Below, one piece after another: positions 42,269-52,555 of a stretch of 64,000 nucleotides of DNA. Below the pieces are notes generated by a model that was not told the origin of the DNA, ran no database searches, and saw only the letters and a list, made by a program, of their open reading frames with translations. This DNA comes from Vulcanimicrobiota bacterium (GTDB taxonomy: Bacteria > Vulcanimicrobiota > Vulcanimicrobiia > Vulcanimicrobiales > Vulcanimicrobiaceae), in assembly GCA_963777315.1 (NCBI GenBank), contig CAVZQC010000004.1:256001-320000 (forward strand), given 5' to 3'. The translations under genes were made by a program, and so were the position numbers. Every line of letters begins with the position of its first letter. Position 1 is the first letter of the stretch.

Positions 42269-42346
42269 ATGATCACCGCCTTCGCCGTGGCCGCCCTGCT
42301 CGGCCTAATCATCTGCTCCGGTATCTCGCCGGGCACAGTCGGCTAG
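42269..42346 (+). CDS. Unannotated 25-aa hydrophobic peptide MITAFAVAALLGLIICSGISPGTVG (candidate signalling propeptide)
   Basis: ATG 42269 to TAG 42344-42346; TAGGAG RBS at 42251-42256; TG-TATTCT extended -10-like element at 42222-42229; below the ORF-track size cutoff. Confidence 0.65.
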   Translation: MITAFAVAALLGLIICSGISPGTVG

Positions 42347-42377
42347 CGCTACTCCCAAAACACGTAGGAACGCGAAC

Positions 42378-43361
42378 ATGGAAGTGTACACCTTGCCGGC
42401 CGCCGCGTCGGTACTTTCAGGCGACCTTCGCCGTCTGACCAAACTCGTCGTCGAGCATTTGCACGACCCGAGTTTGTTTGCCGATCCGGCCCTCGAGTCG
42501 TCGATGGAGCTGATCCTGGACCGGTTCTGTCTCTCGGTCCAACTTTCCAAACCCGTGGGCTTGGCAACGTGGGCCGTTCGCGAGGGACGCCGGCTGGGAA
42601 CCGCGCGTGCGTCGGTGCTGGCAGATGCCGCGGCGCACGTTATCGCCAGCGAGGCATCGCGCTTCCATATCGATCAGGGCCGCCTGCTGGCGCTGCTCGA
42701 AGTGCTCAAGACCGAGATTCGCTCGGCCTTGTCGGCGCTCAGCGATACGCCGGACGAACCACGTTCGGCCTATTCGGAAACCGCTACCGCGCTGCTCGCG
42801 CTGCTGGGCGAGCGCGATAACCAAACGTGCTGCCATTCCAAAGCCACGGGCGAGTGGGCGCGGCGGTTGTGCGCCGCGATGGGACTGGCCAAGGAGCGGG
42901 CCGAGTTCATCGAGTTGTGCGCGATATTGCACGACATCGGTAAGATTTCAACGCCCGACGAAATTTTGTTCAAGCCCGCGGCCTTGAGTGCCGGCGAATG
43001 GGAAATCATGCGCGACCATTCCGCCGCGGGTCAGCGAATTCTCAATCAGATTCCGTCCCTGGCGCGCTGCGCGTCGATCGTGCGCGCGCATCACGAACGC
43101 TGGGACGGACAGGGCTATCCCGACGCGCTGGCGGGCGAAACGATTCCGTTCGAAGCGCGCGTCGTGGCGGTGGCCGATGCCTTTCATGCCATGATCAGCG
43201 ATCGCCCGTATCGCAAGGCGATCGCGCCGCGCCGGGCCTTGGAGATTCTGGAGTCCGGCCGCGGCACGCAATGGGATCCCTTCGTCGTGGATGCCATGCT
43301 CGGGCTGTTCAGCGGCTCGCGCAAACAGCAAGCGCCGCAGGTCCGGGCCTCCAGCGCGTAA
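42378..43361 (+). CDS. HD-GYP domain phosphodiesterase with a helical N-terminal domain
   Basis: HS, LHDIGK, HHERWDGQGYP, VADAFHAM, RPYRKA, GTQWDP. Confidence 0.93.
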   Translation: MEVYTLPAAASVLSGDLRRLTKLVVEHLHDPSLFADPALESSMELILDRFCLSVQLSKPVGLATWAVREGRRLGTARASVLADAAAHVIASEASRFHIDQGRLLALLEVLKTEIRSALSALSDTPDEPRSAYSETATALLALLGERDNQTCCHSKATGEWARRLCAAMGLAKERAEFIELCAILHDIGKISTPDEILFKPAALSAGEWEIMRDHSAAGQRILNQIPSLARCASIVRAHHERWDGQGYPDALAGETIPFEARVVAVADAFHAMISDRPYRKAIAPRRALEILESGRGTQWDPFVVDAMLGLFSGSRKQQAPQVRASSA

Positions 43362-43393
43362 GCGATTCCCACATACCGGGTCGTGGGCAGACG

Positions 43394-43428
43394 GCGCGCC
43401 TGACCTCCTCAAGGCGCGCTTTCTTTTT
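43394..43428 (+). terminator. Rho-independent terminator after the HD-GYP gene
   Basis: Stem GCGCGCCT/AGGCGCGC followed by TTTCTTTTT. Confidence 0.75.
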
Positions 43429-43470
43429 GTGCGCCACCCAGATGGCACGGCGATACCGCACACTGCGGTC

Positions 43471-43911
43471 ATGGACTACATCATCGGAGCGGGGGCCATC
43501 CTGGAAAGCGGCGAGCGCGGCAGCATTACGCCGGCCAACCTGCACGCGCACGTCGATAGTGCGCTCGCGCAGGCGGTCCGGGTAGCGGCGGTGGATTTCG
43601 AGGGCGGTTCCCCAGACTCGCTGCGACGGTTGCTGCTGGTGGCAAAGGGCTGGAATGCCGCGGCGTTCCGTGCCGGCGTCAGCGACAAGCTGCGCGAGCA
43701 GCGGGTGTGCACGCTGGGGGACGTGCTGACCACGCTGGCGCGCGCGGCCGGTGCAAGCGAGGTGCACCTGTTCGCACACTGGCTGCCCGACGAAGCCACC
43801 TGCGCGCAACTGAGCGCTGCGGGTGTCGGTATCGTGACGCATCCCTTAGAAAGCATCCAGGCCGCATCGGTCGTAGCGGGGCAGCGCCGGCGGCGCTGGA
43901 TGGCTGCCTAA
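43471..43911 (+). CDS. Hypothetical protein
   Basis: ATG 43471 downstream of the terminator; genome-like codon usage; no recognised motif. Confidence 0.6.
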   Translation: MDYIIGAGAILESGERGSITPANLHAHVDSALAQAVRVAAVDFEGGSPDSLRRLLLVAKGWNAAAFRAGVSDKLREQRVCTLGDVLTTLARAAGASEVHLFAHWLPDEATCAQLSAAGVGIVTHPLESIQAASVVAGQRRRRWMAA

Positions 43912-43960
43912 ACTCCGGCACAGCGGGGCCACAGGGTTTGCGGCGACGATCCACAGTAGA

Positions 43961-44647
43961 ATGTTGGATATGCAGCCCGCCCGCGTCGCTGTGGTCGATG
44001 ACGACCGGTTCGTCCGTGAGATGCTCGAGTTGGGGCTCACGCGCGAAGGTTACATCGTGCGAACTGCGGCGGACGGTTTGGCGGCGCTCGATTTGGTGCG
44101 CGCCTGGGATCCCGAAGTGATCGTGCTGGACATCATGATGCCCAAGATCGACGGCGTCACGCTGCTGCCGCGGCTTCGCGAAATCACCCAGGCGCCGATT
44201 CTCATGCTCACGGCCAAAGGCGAAACGGCCGACAAAGTGTCCAGTTTAGGAGCCGGCGCGGACGACTATTTGGTCAAGCCGTTCGTCTTCGAAGAACTCA
44301 TCGCGCGCCTGCAGGCCAAGCTGCGCCGTCCGCAGCTGATCGAAGAACAGGTCCTGCGCTGGCACGAAGTTTCGATCAATCCGGTCACGCGCGAAGCGTG
44401 GCGCGGCCAATCGCGCCTCGATCTCACCCAGCGCGAGTTCGATCTGCTCGAAGTCTTCTTGCGCGAACCGCGGCGGGTGTTCAGCAAAGACCATTTACTC
44501 GAGCTCGTGTGGGGCCACGATTTCGAGGGCGGCCCGAACATCGTGGAAACGTACATTTCCTATCTGCGCGCAAAGATCGACCGGCCCGAGCAGGCGTCTT
44601 CGTTCATTCGCACGGTGCGCGGCGTCGGCTACGGCCTCTCGCAGTAG
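43961..44647 (+). CDS. OmpR/PhoB-family response regulator
   Basis: VVDDD, LDIMMP, LTAK, DYLVKPF, LTQREFDLL, IRTVRGVGY. Confidence 0.96.
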   Translation: MLDMQPARVAVVDDDRFVREMLELGLTREGYIVRTAADGLAALDLVRAWDPEVIVLDIMMPKIDGVTLLPRLREITQAPILMLTAKGETADKVSSLGAGADDYLVKPFVFEELIARLQAKLRRPQLIEEQVLRWHEVSINPVTREAWRGQSRLDLTQREFDLLEVFLREPRRVFSKDHLLELVWGHDFEGGPNIVETYISYLRAKIDRPEQASSFIRTVRGVGYGLSQ

Positions 44648-44651
44648 GAGT

Positions 44652-46055
44652 GTGATGCGCCGTTCGCTCGCGTCGCGGCTGGCGTCGTTATACACGCTGC
44701 TGCTGGGTATTACCGTACTGCTGGTGATCGTTGCGTCCTCCATCGCGCTGATCTACGAGCTCTCCGGTTTCAGCAGCGACATCATCATCGCCAAGCACGA
44801 AGAGGCGCGGTTTTTGTCGGCGCGCTACGAAGGCGACGGCATGACCTTGCAGCAAGCCGCGCCGCGCATCGTGCGCGCGCTGAGCGGAATCGGGCTGCAC
44901 GTCGCGGTGTACGATGCAGCCGGCAAGTTTTTGGGCGGCGATCCTGCCGTGCGTCCGGATATCCTCGGCCGCGTCTTGCGCGGAAGCGTCAAATTGGCGC
45001 CGCCGCCTCGCATCGGGGAAGCTGAAGAAGGCGTGCCGGGCCGTTTGCCGATGCGTTCTCCGCCGCATGACTGGTGGCGCATCACGGCGGTTCCGGGCGG
45101 CTATGTCACGTTCGAAGCTTCGGAGTGGATCATTTTTGCCAACCTCGTTCCGTACTGGTGGATCATCATCGGCATCGCGGTGCTGGCAATCGTCGCGTCG
45201 TGGTTCATCGGCCGGTTCTTTTCGCGTCAGGCGCTCGCGCCCGTGACCGAAGTGACGTCGTCGCTGCAGGCGCTTTCTTCCGGCGATTACACCCAGCGCC
45301 GTTTCGTCACCGCGAGCGGCGACGAGATCGGCACGCTCACCCAAGCGTATAACGACGCCGCAGCCAGCGTCGCGGCCGCGATGGAAGAACGGCGCAGCAC
45401 CGAAGCCAGGATGCGGCAGTTCGTCGCCGATGCCGGACACGAGCTGCGCACGCCGCTTACGGTGATCGCCGGGTACATCGACGTGCTGCGCCGGGGAGCG
45501 ATCGAAGAACCCAACGTCGCAAAAAGCATCCTCGGCACCATGGCGCTCGAGAAAGAGCATATGCGCGGGCTCATCGATCGTTTGATGCGGCTGGCGCGCA
45601 TGGATTCGGAAACGCCGCCTGACCGTACCGCGATCGACGTGGCGGCGATGCTGCGCGACCAGTGTGAGGCGGCTCGGCGCTTGGACGAGCGCCTGCAAAT
45701 CGACTACAACGTCGACGGCGTGAAAGAAGTGTATGCCGACCGCGCCGAACTGGGCGACGCGCTCTGGAACGTCGTGGAGAACGCGCTCAAGTACGCACCT
45801 CAGGCGCCGGTGCATCTACGCGCGTATCGGGAAAACGGCAGCACCGTGTTCAGCGTTCGCGACGAAGGACCCGGAATGAGCGAATCGGAGCGCCTGCATG
45901 CGTTCGAGCGCTTTTATCGAGGCGACGCGCGCGGCGAGATTCCCGGAACGGGGCTGGGGCTGGCGATCGCAAAACGTGCCGTCGATCGCGCCGGGGGCAG
46001 CATCGGCATCGAGAGCGCGCCCGGGCGCGGCACGACCGTATTCATCACGCTTTAA
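44652..46055 (+). CDS. HAMP-domain sensor histidine kinase
   Basis: Two TM segments, DEIGTL, DAGHELRTPL, ENALKY, DEGPG, GTGLGLAI. Confidence 0.95.
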   Translation: MMRRSLASRLASLYTLLLGITVLLVIVASSIALIYELSGFSSDIIIAKHEEARFLSARYEGDGMTLQQAAPRIVRALSGIGLHVAVYDAAGKFLGGDPAVRPDILGRVLRGSVKLAPPPRIGEAEEGVPGRLPMRSPPHDWWRITAVPGGYVTFEASEWIIFANLVPYWWIIIGIAVLAIVASWFIGRFFSRQALAPVTEVTSSLQALSSGDYTQRRFVTASGDEIGTLTQAYNDAAASVAAAMEERRSTEARMRQFVADAGHELRTPLTVIAGYIDVLRRGAIEEPNVAKSILGTMALEKEHMRGLIDRLMRLARMDSETPPDRTAIDVAAMLRDQCEAARRLDERLQIDYNVDGVKEVYADRAELGDALWNVVENALKYAPQAPVHLRAYRENGSTVFSVRDEGPGMSESERLHAFERFYRGDARGEIPGTGLGLAIAKRAVDRAGGSIGIESAPGRGTTVFITL

Positions 46056-46096
46056 CGCGACTCTCAGCAGTTTCCAAAGCCAAGCGTGGTACAAGA

Positions 46097-49000
46097 ATGG
46101 CGATGCGCCGACTTTTCGGGCTTTGCTTGACCCTGGCGTTGCTGGCCGGCGCGGCGCCCGTCCTGGCCCAGACCGACACCGGCGAAATCGACATCGTCGT
46201 GCAGGATGCGGCGTCCAAAGCACCCGTCGTGCTGGCGCGCGTCCTGTTGGACGGCCCGGTAATTACCAGCGAATTCACCGGAGACAACGGGCGCGTGCGG
46301 TTCACCGAGGTGCCCGACGGAGTCTATCGGGCGCGCGTGTTTGCGCGCGGCTTCCAGGCGGTGACTTCGGAAAACTTCGAGGTTACGAACGGGCGCATGG
46401 TCACCGTGACGGTCGCCTTGGCGCAGTCGACGGGCAATCTGAAAACGATTGCATCGGTCGTCGCCAAGTCGACGGCAAACGTTTCGACCACGACGATCGA
46501 TGAGAACAGCACGCAGCGCCGGCTTTCGGATACCCTGGCCGATGCGCTGGGCAAACTGTCGGGCGTAAACGTTTCGACCTCGAGCAACGACACCGACGCC
46601 ACGCAGACCGTTTCGCTCGAAGGGCAGGACGCCAGCCAAACGGCGCTCACGCTGGACGGCATTCCGCTCAACGCGCCGGGCTCGGCGGGAGACCTGCGCG
46701 GCATCGGCACCGATCTCTTTACGCGGTCGAACGTGTCGTTCGGTCCGCAAATCGGCGGTTTGGCAGGCGGCGTGAACTTTTCCACGCTGCAGCCCACGCT
46801 GTCGTGGAACAGCGAATTTTCGCTTTCGGTGGGAAGCAACGGCAAAAATAACTACTCGTTCGGCGAAAGCGGAACGCTGGGCAAAGTGGGCCTGGCGGTC
46901 ATGCGTACGTACCGGCTGACGCCGAGCCTGCTGGACGGCATGAGTTTTCTGGACACGAGCGGTTTGAATTACGTTCACGACGGCGACGGCCAGTCCGCCG
47001 GCACGATGCTCAAACTGCGCTACCAGCCCAGCGAGTCGCAAACGCTCACGGGCACGTTCATGAAAACCGCCAACGGGTCGCAGCTGGTGTGCGCGCAAAT
47101 CACCGGACCGCTACCGTGCGGCTACGGACCCAACAACAGCTACGACACCAACTTCAAGCTGTTCTCGCTCAGCGACGACGCGCTGGTGGGCGATACGCAA
47201 GTGCAAGCCTCGGTCTACGGACTGCGCATGGCGTCGACGCGCGACGAGCTCGATCGCTACGTGAACGGTGTGGCCGAACCGACCGGCACCTCGCAATCCA
47301 TGAGCACGAACGGCCTGACGTTCAGCGCCATACTTCCGGCGCGCGACCGGCACACGATCTCGATCAACGGCTACGAAACGAGCAGCGACAGCGCGTTCAC
47401 GCCGCTGGTTGCGCAGGCCGCTCCGTACGTTGTTCCGGGGCAGCACGTGTCGTATGCTGCCGTTACGGTCAACGACAGCATTCGTTCAAACACCAAGCTG
47501 CGCTTCAACGATTCCATCGGCATCAGCCGGGCCAGCAATGCGCCGGCCTCGCTGCTCGTGGGTTTCGGTACGCAATGGAATCCGACCGCCGACGACGGAT
47601 TCGCGTTCACCTATAACATCGGCGGCACCGCCGCGCACGCGGGCCGCTTCGGCGTGCTCAGCGATCCGGCGCAGCTGCGAATCGACTGCAATGGCGACGT
47701 CGCCTACGGGAACGCGCCCGGAGACGAGCCCGGTGCGAGCTCTTCGAATTCGGCGCGCTTGAGTTACACCCACAAAATGCGCGCCGGCTTGATCAGCACG
47801 CAGGTGTACCGTCAGGTGCAGCACGACGTCGTGCTGCCCACGCAGGTCAACGGCAGCGTGCTCTCGGGGATGGGTGCCTTTCCGCCGGACTATTTCGGCC
47901 AGGTGCAGCAAACGTACCAGAACGCGTGCGGTACGGCGGCGCCCTTTGGACCGGTCAACACGTATTTCCAGACGCCCATCGGCAACGTCCAGCGCGTATA
48001 CGAAGGCGCGCAGATCTCGGCGTTCTATACGCTGGGGCCGGTCGTCATCGAGCCGTACTACAACGTGCAGGTGGCCAAAGCGCTCAGCGGCGACGTTCGC
48101 CTGAACAATCCTTACTCGATTACGATTCCCGCCGCGCAGCCTGCCCAACGTTCCGCTCCACCGCGCCGGAATCACGGTCGATTACAAGGCGCCGCGTTCT
48201 GCGTTCGAATGGCTGGCCGATGCAAACTACACCGGCGCCAACAATTCCCAAAATCTGCCGGCGTACACGACCGTCGACGCGGGCGTCGACGCGCATTTGC
48301 GGCGAGGCGATTTGGTTTTTGCCGCCAGCAACGTGTTCAACACGTACGGCGGCGCGTTCGCCGGCTCGCAGTGGGCAGTCCCGTACACGACCTTGGGCGG
48401 CACGCAGATCGCAACGATCGCGCGTCCGAACCCGCCTCGGCAATACTCGGTGACGTACACCGTGCGCTTCGGGCAAGGCGTGGCGCAAAACGGCAACTCG
48501 GGCGCGCCGCTGCTTTCCCAGCAAGGGCCGGAAGGCCGGGGCGGCTCGCGAGGGCGCGGATTCCGGCAATTCGGCGCTCCGCTTCCACAGAGCCCGCCGG
48601 CCGATCCGTTCGCGCTCAACGCCACGCCCATGTGCACGGCGGAGGCGCAAAAAGCCGCTCAGCCCATTCTGAACGGCCTCAAAAACTACGTAGCGCAAAT
48701 CAACGCGCTCAAGGGCGCGCAAGGCTTTCCCGCCGCGGTTCCGCCGGCCGGCATCCCGGGATTGAACGTGCAGTATCACGGGCTGGGTTCGACGTACGCG
48801 CTCACCGTTACGCTCACGCAGACGGCGCAGATGCGCTCGCTGTTCGGCTGCACGACGCTCCATATTGCCGACCAGCAGACGGCCCAGCAGCGCAGCCTCT
48901 ACGTGCAGCCCAGCTCGAGCGGCATGTTCTTCCGGCCTGCAGTGACGTTCATGCCCTCGGTGGGTCTGTATTTCGTTCGGCGGCCTCCGCAGCCGGGCAC

Positions 49001-49412
49001 GCAGAGTTTCCGTCTGTACAAACTGCCCGCTGCTGCGCCGAGCACGCCGTTTGCGCTGCACGCCGTTTCGACTACGTGTACGGCGGACATGCACGCCGCA
49101 GCGCAAACCGCCCTTGCGCAGCTCCAGGCGCACTTTGCCGACAATGCGCCTGCGCCCGCGTGGACGATCGCTTCGCATGCGGCAAAGGCCGGGACGTGGT
49201 ATTCGCTCGAACCGGTCGACATCGGGACGGTTCCCGCGCTGCTCAACTGCGGACACGTTGCCGCCGCGAATCGTCAGGCGCTGTCGGCGTTGGGATGGGA
49301 TGGCGAACGTCCGCCGACGCTGAACTACGCGCCCGCGCTGGGACTGTACGTTATGATGGGCATGCCGGGCGGCGGTCCGCGCCCGTCCGCATCGCCCAGT
49401 CCCGCGCCGTAG
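46097..49412 (+). CDS. TonB-dependent receptor-like protein with a C-terminal tandem-domain extension, frameshift near 48141
   Basis: Signal peptide, carboxypeptidase-regulatory-like N-domain, plug LTLDGIPL..AGGVNF, barrel end NVFN..RQYSVTYTVRF, then about 310 further residues. Confidence 0.8.
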
Positions 49413-49460
49413 CGGAATCAAGAAGCGATCTTCCACCTCGATAGCGGAGATACGATTTAC

Positions 49461-49632
49461 ATGAGTGACGAGAATCGGCCTGAGCTTGCGCGAAGCAACG
49501 GGCGAACAGCGTGTCCGATTGGTCTTCGGTCAAGGGATGACGCCCGAGCAAATAGCTGAAGCGGCTATTGCCAGCTATGAGAAACACTTCGGCAAACTAC
49601 CCGACGAAGATTTAGAGGACGAGAGCACCTAA
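49461..49632 (+). CDS. Small acidic hypothetical protein (about 56 aa after removing one base near 49487)
   Basis: GGAG upstream of ATG 49461; corrected frame MSDENRPELREATGEQRVRLVFGQGMTPEQIAEAAIASYEKHFGKLPDEDLEDEST; alternatively an intact GTG 49465 ORF. Confidence 0.45.
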
Positions 49633-49719
49633 AGCGGGATGCGCTCGGGGGATATGGCGTTCTATCTCAATACCGATCCACGCGGGCACACACATCGGTG
49701 TACCGCAGCGCCGGTTCGA

Positions 49720-50052
49720 TCAAGAGAGCAGCCAGCCCAGCGCGGCAAGGTTGAAAAGCGCCGTTGCGGCCGGCCCGAACGTTTTGAGCGGATCCGCGAG
49801 CGCAACCCCAATCCCCGCGTCGCAAGCCTGGACAACGATCATACAGCACGCGACGGATTCCAACCACGCCGGCTCGTCGATGGGGAACGCCACGATGCTC
49901 GCAACGACCAGGGCTAGACTGCGGGCCGAGGCATAGAGGGCCACCGTCCGCGTCTGACCTGACGCTGAACGGCAGGCGACAATCGAGAAGCCTAGGCTTA
50001 CGATCGCGCTGATCGCGGTTACTATTGCGCAAACAAGGAACGGCAGCGTCAC
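49720..50052 (-). CDS. Small multi-TM membrane protein
   Basis: Hydrophobic ORF LPFLVCAIVTAISAIVSLGFS..ALYASARSLAL..VQACDAGIG..KTFGP. Confidence 0.7.
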   Translation of the reverse strand: MTLPFLVCAIVTAISAIVSLGFSIVACRSASGQTRTVALYASARSLALVVASIVAFPIDEPAWLESVACCMIVVQACDAGIGVALADPLKTFGPAATALFNLAALGWLLS

Positions 50053-50066
50053 GTTTTCTTCGTCAG

Positions 50067-50504
50067 TTACGCGTTCACCGTATTGCGAGCGGTAAACGAA
50101 ATGTCCGCGTCCTGTACTTCGCGGTAGGGGAGCAGCCACACCAGCGACTCGTCGTGCAGGTCGACCACTTGCACCCGGTTCCCGAACGGATCGATGAAAT
50201 CGCAGCGGAAGTGGGGAAAAAGTTGCAGCCCGTACTTCTTCGTGATCTTTTCGCGCACTTGCGCGATCTGATCCTCATCGCGCACCAGCAGACCGAAGTG
50301 CCGCACGCGGTCCGGCCGCACTTTGTCGACTTCGAACATCGCCAGGAATTGATGTTCGCCGAGCTTGAAGAACGCATCGCCCTCGCCGTCGTCGAGTTTT
50401 TCCAAATTGAACACGTCCTGATAGAACGCCACCGCCTTTTCGATGTCGTCCACTTCGATGGCGATGTGATTGCAGCCGTACGCTTTGACGCTCATGCCGC
50501 TCAA
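50067..50504 (-). CDS. VOC (glyoxalase/bleomycin-resistance) family protein
   Basis: NHIAIEVDDIEKAVAFY, HFGLLV, DPFGNRVQV. Confidence 0.9.
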   Translation of the reverse strand: MSGMSVKAYGCNHIAIEVDDIEKAVAFYQDVFNLEKLDDGEGDAFFKLGEHQFLAMFEVDKVRPDRVRHFGLLVRDEDQIAQVREKITKKYGLQLFPHFRCDFIDPFGNRVQVVDLHDESLVWLLPYREVQDADISFTARNTVNA

Positions 50505-50535
50505 GACACCGCTGCCGCCGAGGGTGGTTGCGCCG

Positions 50536-52555
50536 TTACGGCTTTCTCAGGTAGCGGTCCAGCCACTGCAGCCATAACCGCGTGAGGATGGCGGTTTGCG
50601 CGGCGTCCGCGGGGCCGTGCGTATTTGCCGGAAAGACGACGAATCGCACGGGTACGCCGCGTTCGTGCAGCGCATGGTAAAACTCGTAAGCTTGCGGAAT
50701 CGGTACGACCGGATCCAAGGTCGTAGCCCATATCAGCGTCGGCGTCGTAACCGCGCGCGCATAGGCGATCGGGGATTGCGCAAGATAGACCGCGGCTCCG
50801 CCCTTTGCATATGGGGAAGTGCCCAAGTAATACCGGTTCTGCACGTTGCTCGTCGACAGCGCGTACTCGTCGATTTCGTTGTTGACGGCCGCCCCGGAGA
50901 CTGCCGCGCGCCAAAAGTGATGTTGGGTAATGAGCCAGCTGGTGAGCAGGCCGCCGTACGACCACCCGCACACGCCGATGCGGCTCGTGTCCGCACCGGG
51001 CAGTTTGCCCACCGCAGCTAGACCGCGCAGAATGTCGTCGGCAGGACCGCTGACCGTGTCGCGATAGATGGCCAATGCAAAAGCGTTTCCGTCGTCGTCG
51101 CTTCCACGATAGTTCGGTTCGAAAACAATGTACCCGTGAGATGCAATCAGCTGCGCGCGCGGCCAAGCTTCCCAGGCAAAGCTGCGAAGGCTCGAATCGC
51201 CGGGTCCGCCGTGAATGTTCACGACGATGGGATACTTGCGGCCGGCCTGCATATTCGGCGGAAACGTGACTACGCCGTACTCTTGGAACCCGCCACGTCC
51301 ATGCCAGCGAATCTCCCGCATAGTGCCCAGCTGCAGGCGTGCCAAAGCATCGTTGAAATGCGTGAGCGCGCGAGGCTTAGCGCGCACGGAGGCCAGATAG
51401 TACAATTCACGAGCGTGATGGGGACCGATACCAAGAAACGCTATAGACCCGCTGTGCGATACGCCGGCGGCGATGCCGGCATCGAACGTGCTGCTCGCGT
51501 ACGAGTCGCACACGACGTTCAAATCGCCCAAATCGAGCCTGCTGGTATCTGCCGTCGAGCGAAAGCAGCCACGCTTGCGCCTTGGTGCGATGGTTCGCGC
51601 ACACGAGCAGTGCGCGGCCGTCCGGCATCCACAACGCGCCGCCCGCGTTGAAATCGAAATGCGCCGTAACGTCGGTGTCGGTCTTTCCGTCGCGCAAACG
51701 CAGGGTGTTGAACGCTAAATAGTTGCCGCTGCGCGCGTACCAATACAGCAGCTTCGATCCGTCCGGCGAGAACGACGGACTGAGCTCCAAACGCGTATGT
51801 CCGGTGAGCTTGCGCAGCCGCCCGGCAGCGACGTCGAGTTCCCAAAGCGTCGAATACTCGTCGTCGCCGCTCAAGGTGTTCGCCACTCGGGTAAACACGA
51901 TGCGCTCGCCGTCGCGCGACCAGACGAACTGCGGCGCAAAAATTCCCCCGCTGTCGGTGGGCGCAAGCGTCCACGAGCCGTGGGTGAGCTCGCGCGCGGC
52001 TCCGCCCGCGGCGGATATCAGCCATAAGTGAATCGGCGCGGTCGGGGAGGTCGCGGTATAGTCGTTGTCGGCCGCATCGAAGAATCCCGGATCGGGAATG
52101 GCCACGGCGGCGGCAAACGCGAGCTGTGCCCCGCCGGGTCGCCAGGCCATGTCAATGACGTCCGAACGGCTGTGCGTCAGCTGCCGAACGCCGTGCGAAT
52201 CTTCCGCGAACAACTGCATGTGCCCGCTCGGGCGATCTTGCTGCAGGTACGCCAGCGTGCTGCCGTCCGGCGACCAGCGCGGATCGGCCACTTCGCCGCC
52301 GCGCGCGACCGTCGTTTGAGCGCCGCCGGCGATAGTCACCAGCACCAGGGCGCTGCGTTCACCACGCCGGACGATAACCGCGACGCGCGTACCGTCCGGC
52401 GAGATCGCGGGCTGCTCGAGGTCCACGATGGCACGCATGTCGGCAATCGCCAGCGTGCGCGCCGCTGCCTGTGCGGTCCAGGGCGCTGCTAACAGCGCTA
52501 AGGATGCAAGTGTGCGAGCAAGAAGTCCGAAGTGTGCGAGTCGGCTTCGTACCAT
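50536..52555 (-). CDS. Secreted S9 dipeptidyl/acylaminoacyl peptidase, frameshift near 51538
   Basis: PD40-like SPDG repeats; IHGGP, PNYRGS, GWSYGG, DPVVP, THG; signal peptide after ATG 52555. Confidence 0.88.

Noticed and set aside
42269..42346. Peptide as a RiPP precursor, AgrD or lipoprotein
   Set aside because: No modifying enzymes or AgrB nearby; LIIC is not a canonical lipobox.
49639..49720. RelE-like toxin fragment (MRSGDMAFY)
   Set aside because: Similarity is too short, and the ORF runs antisense into the next gene.
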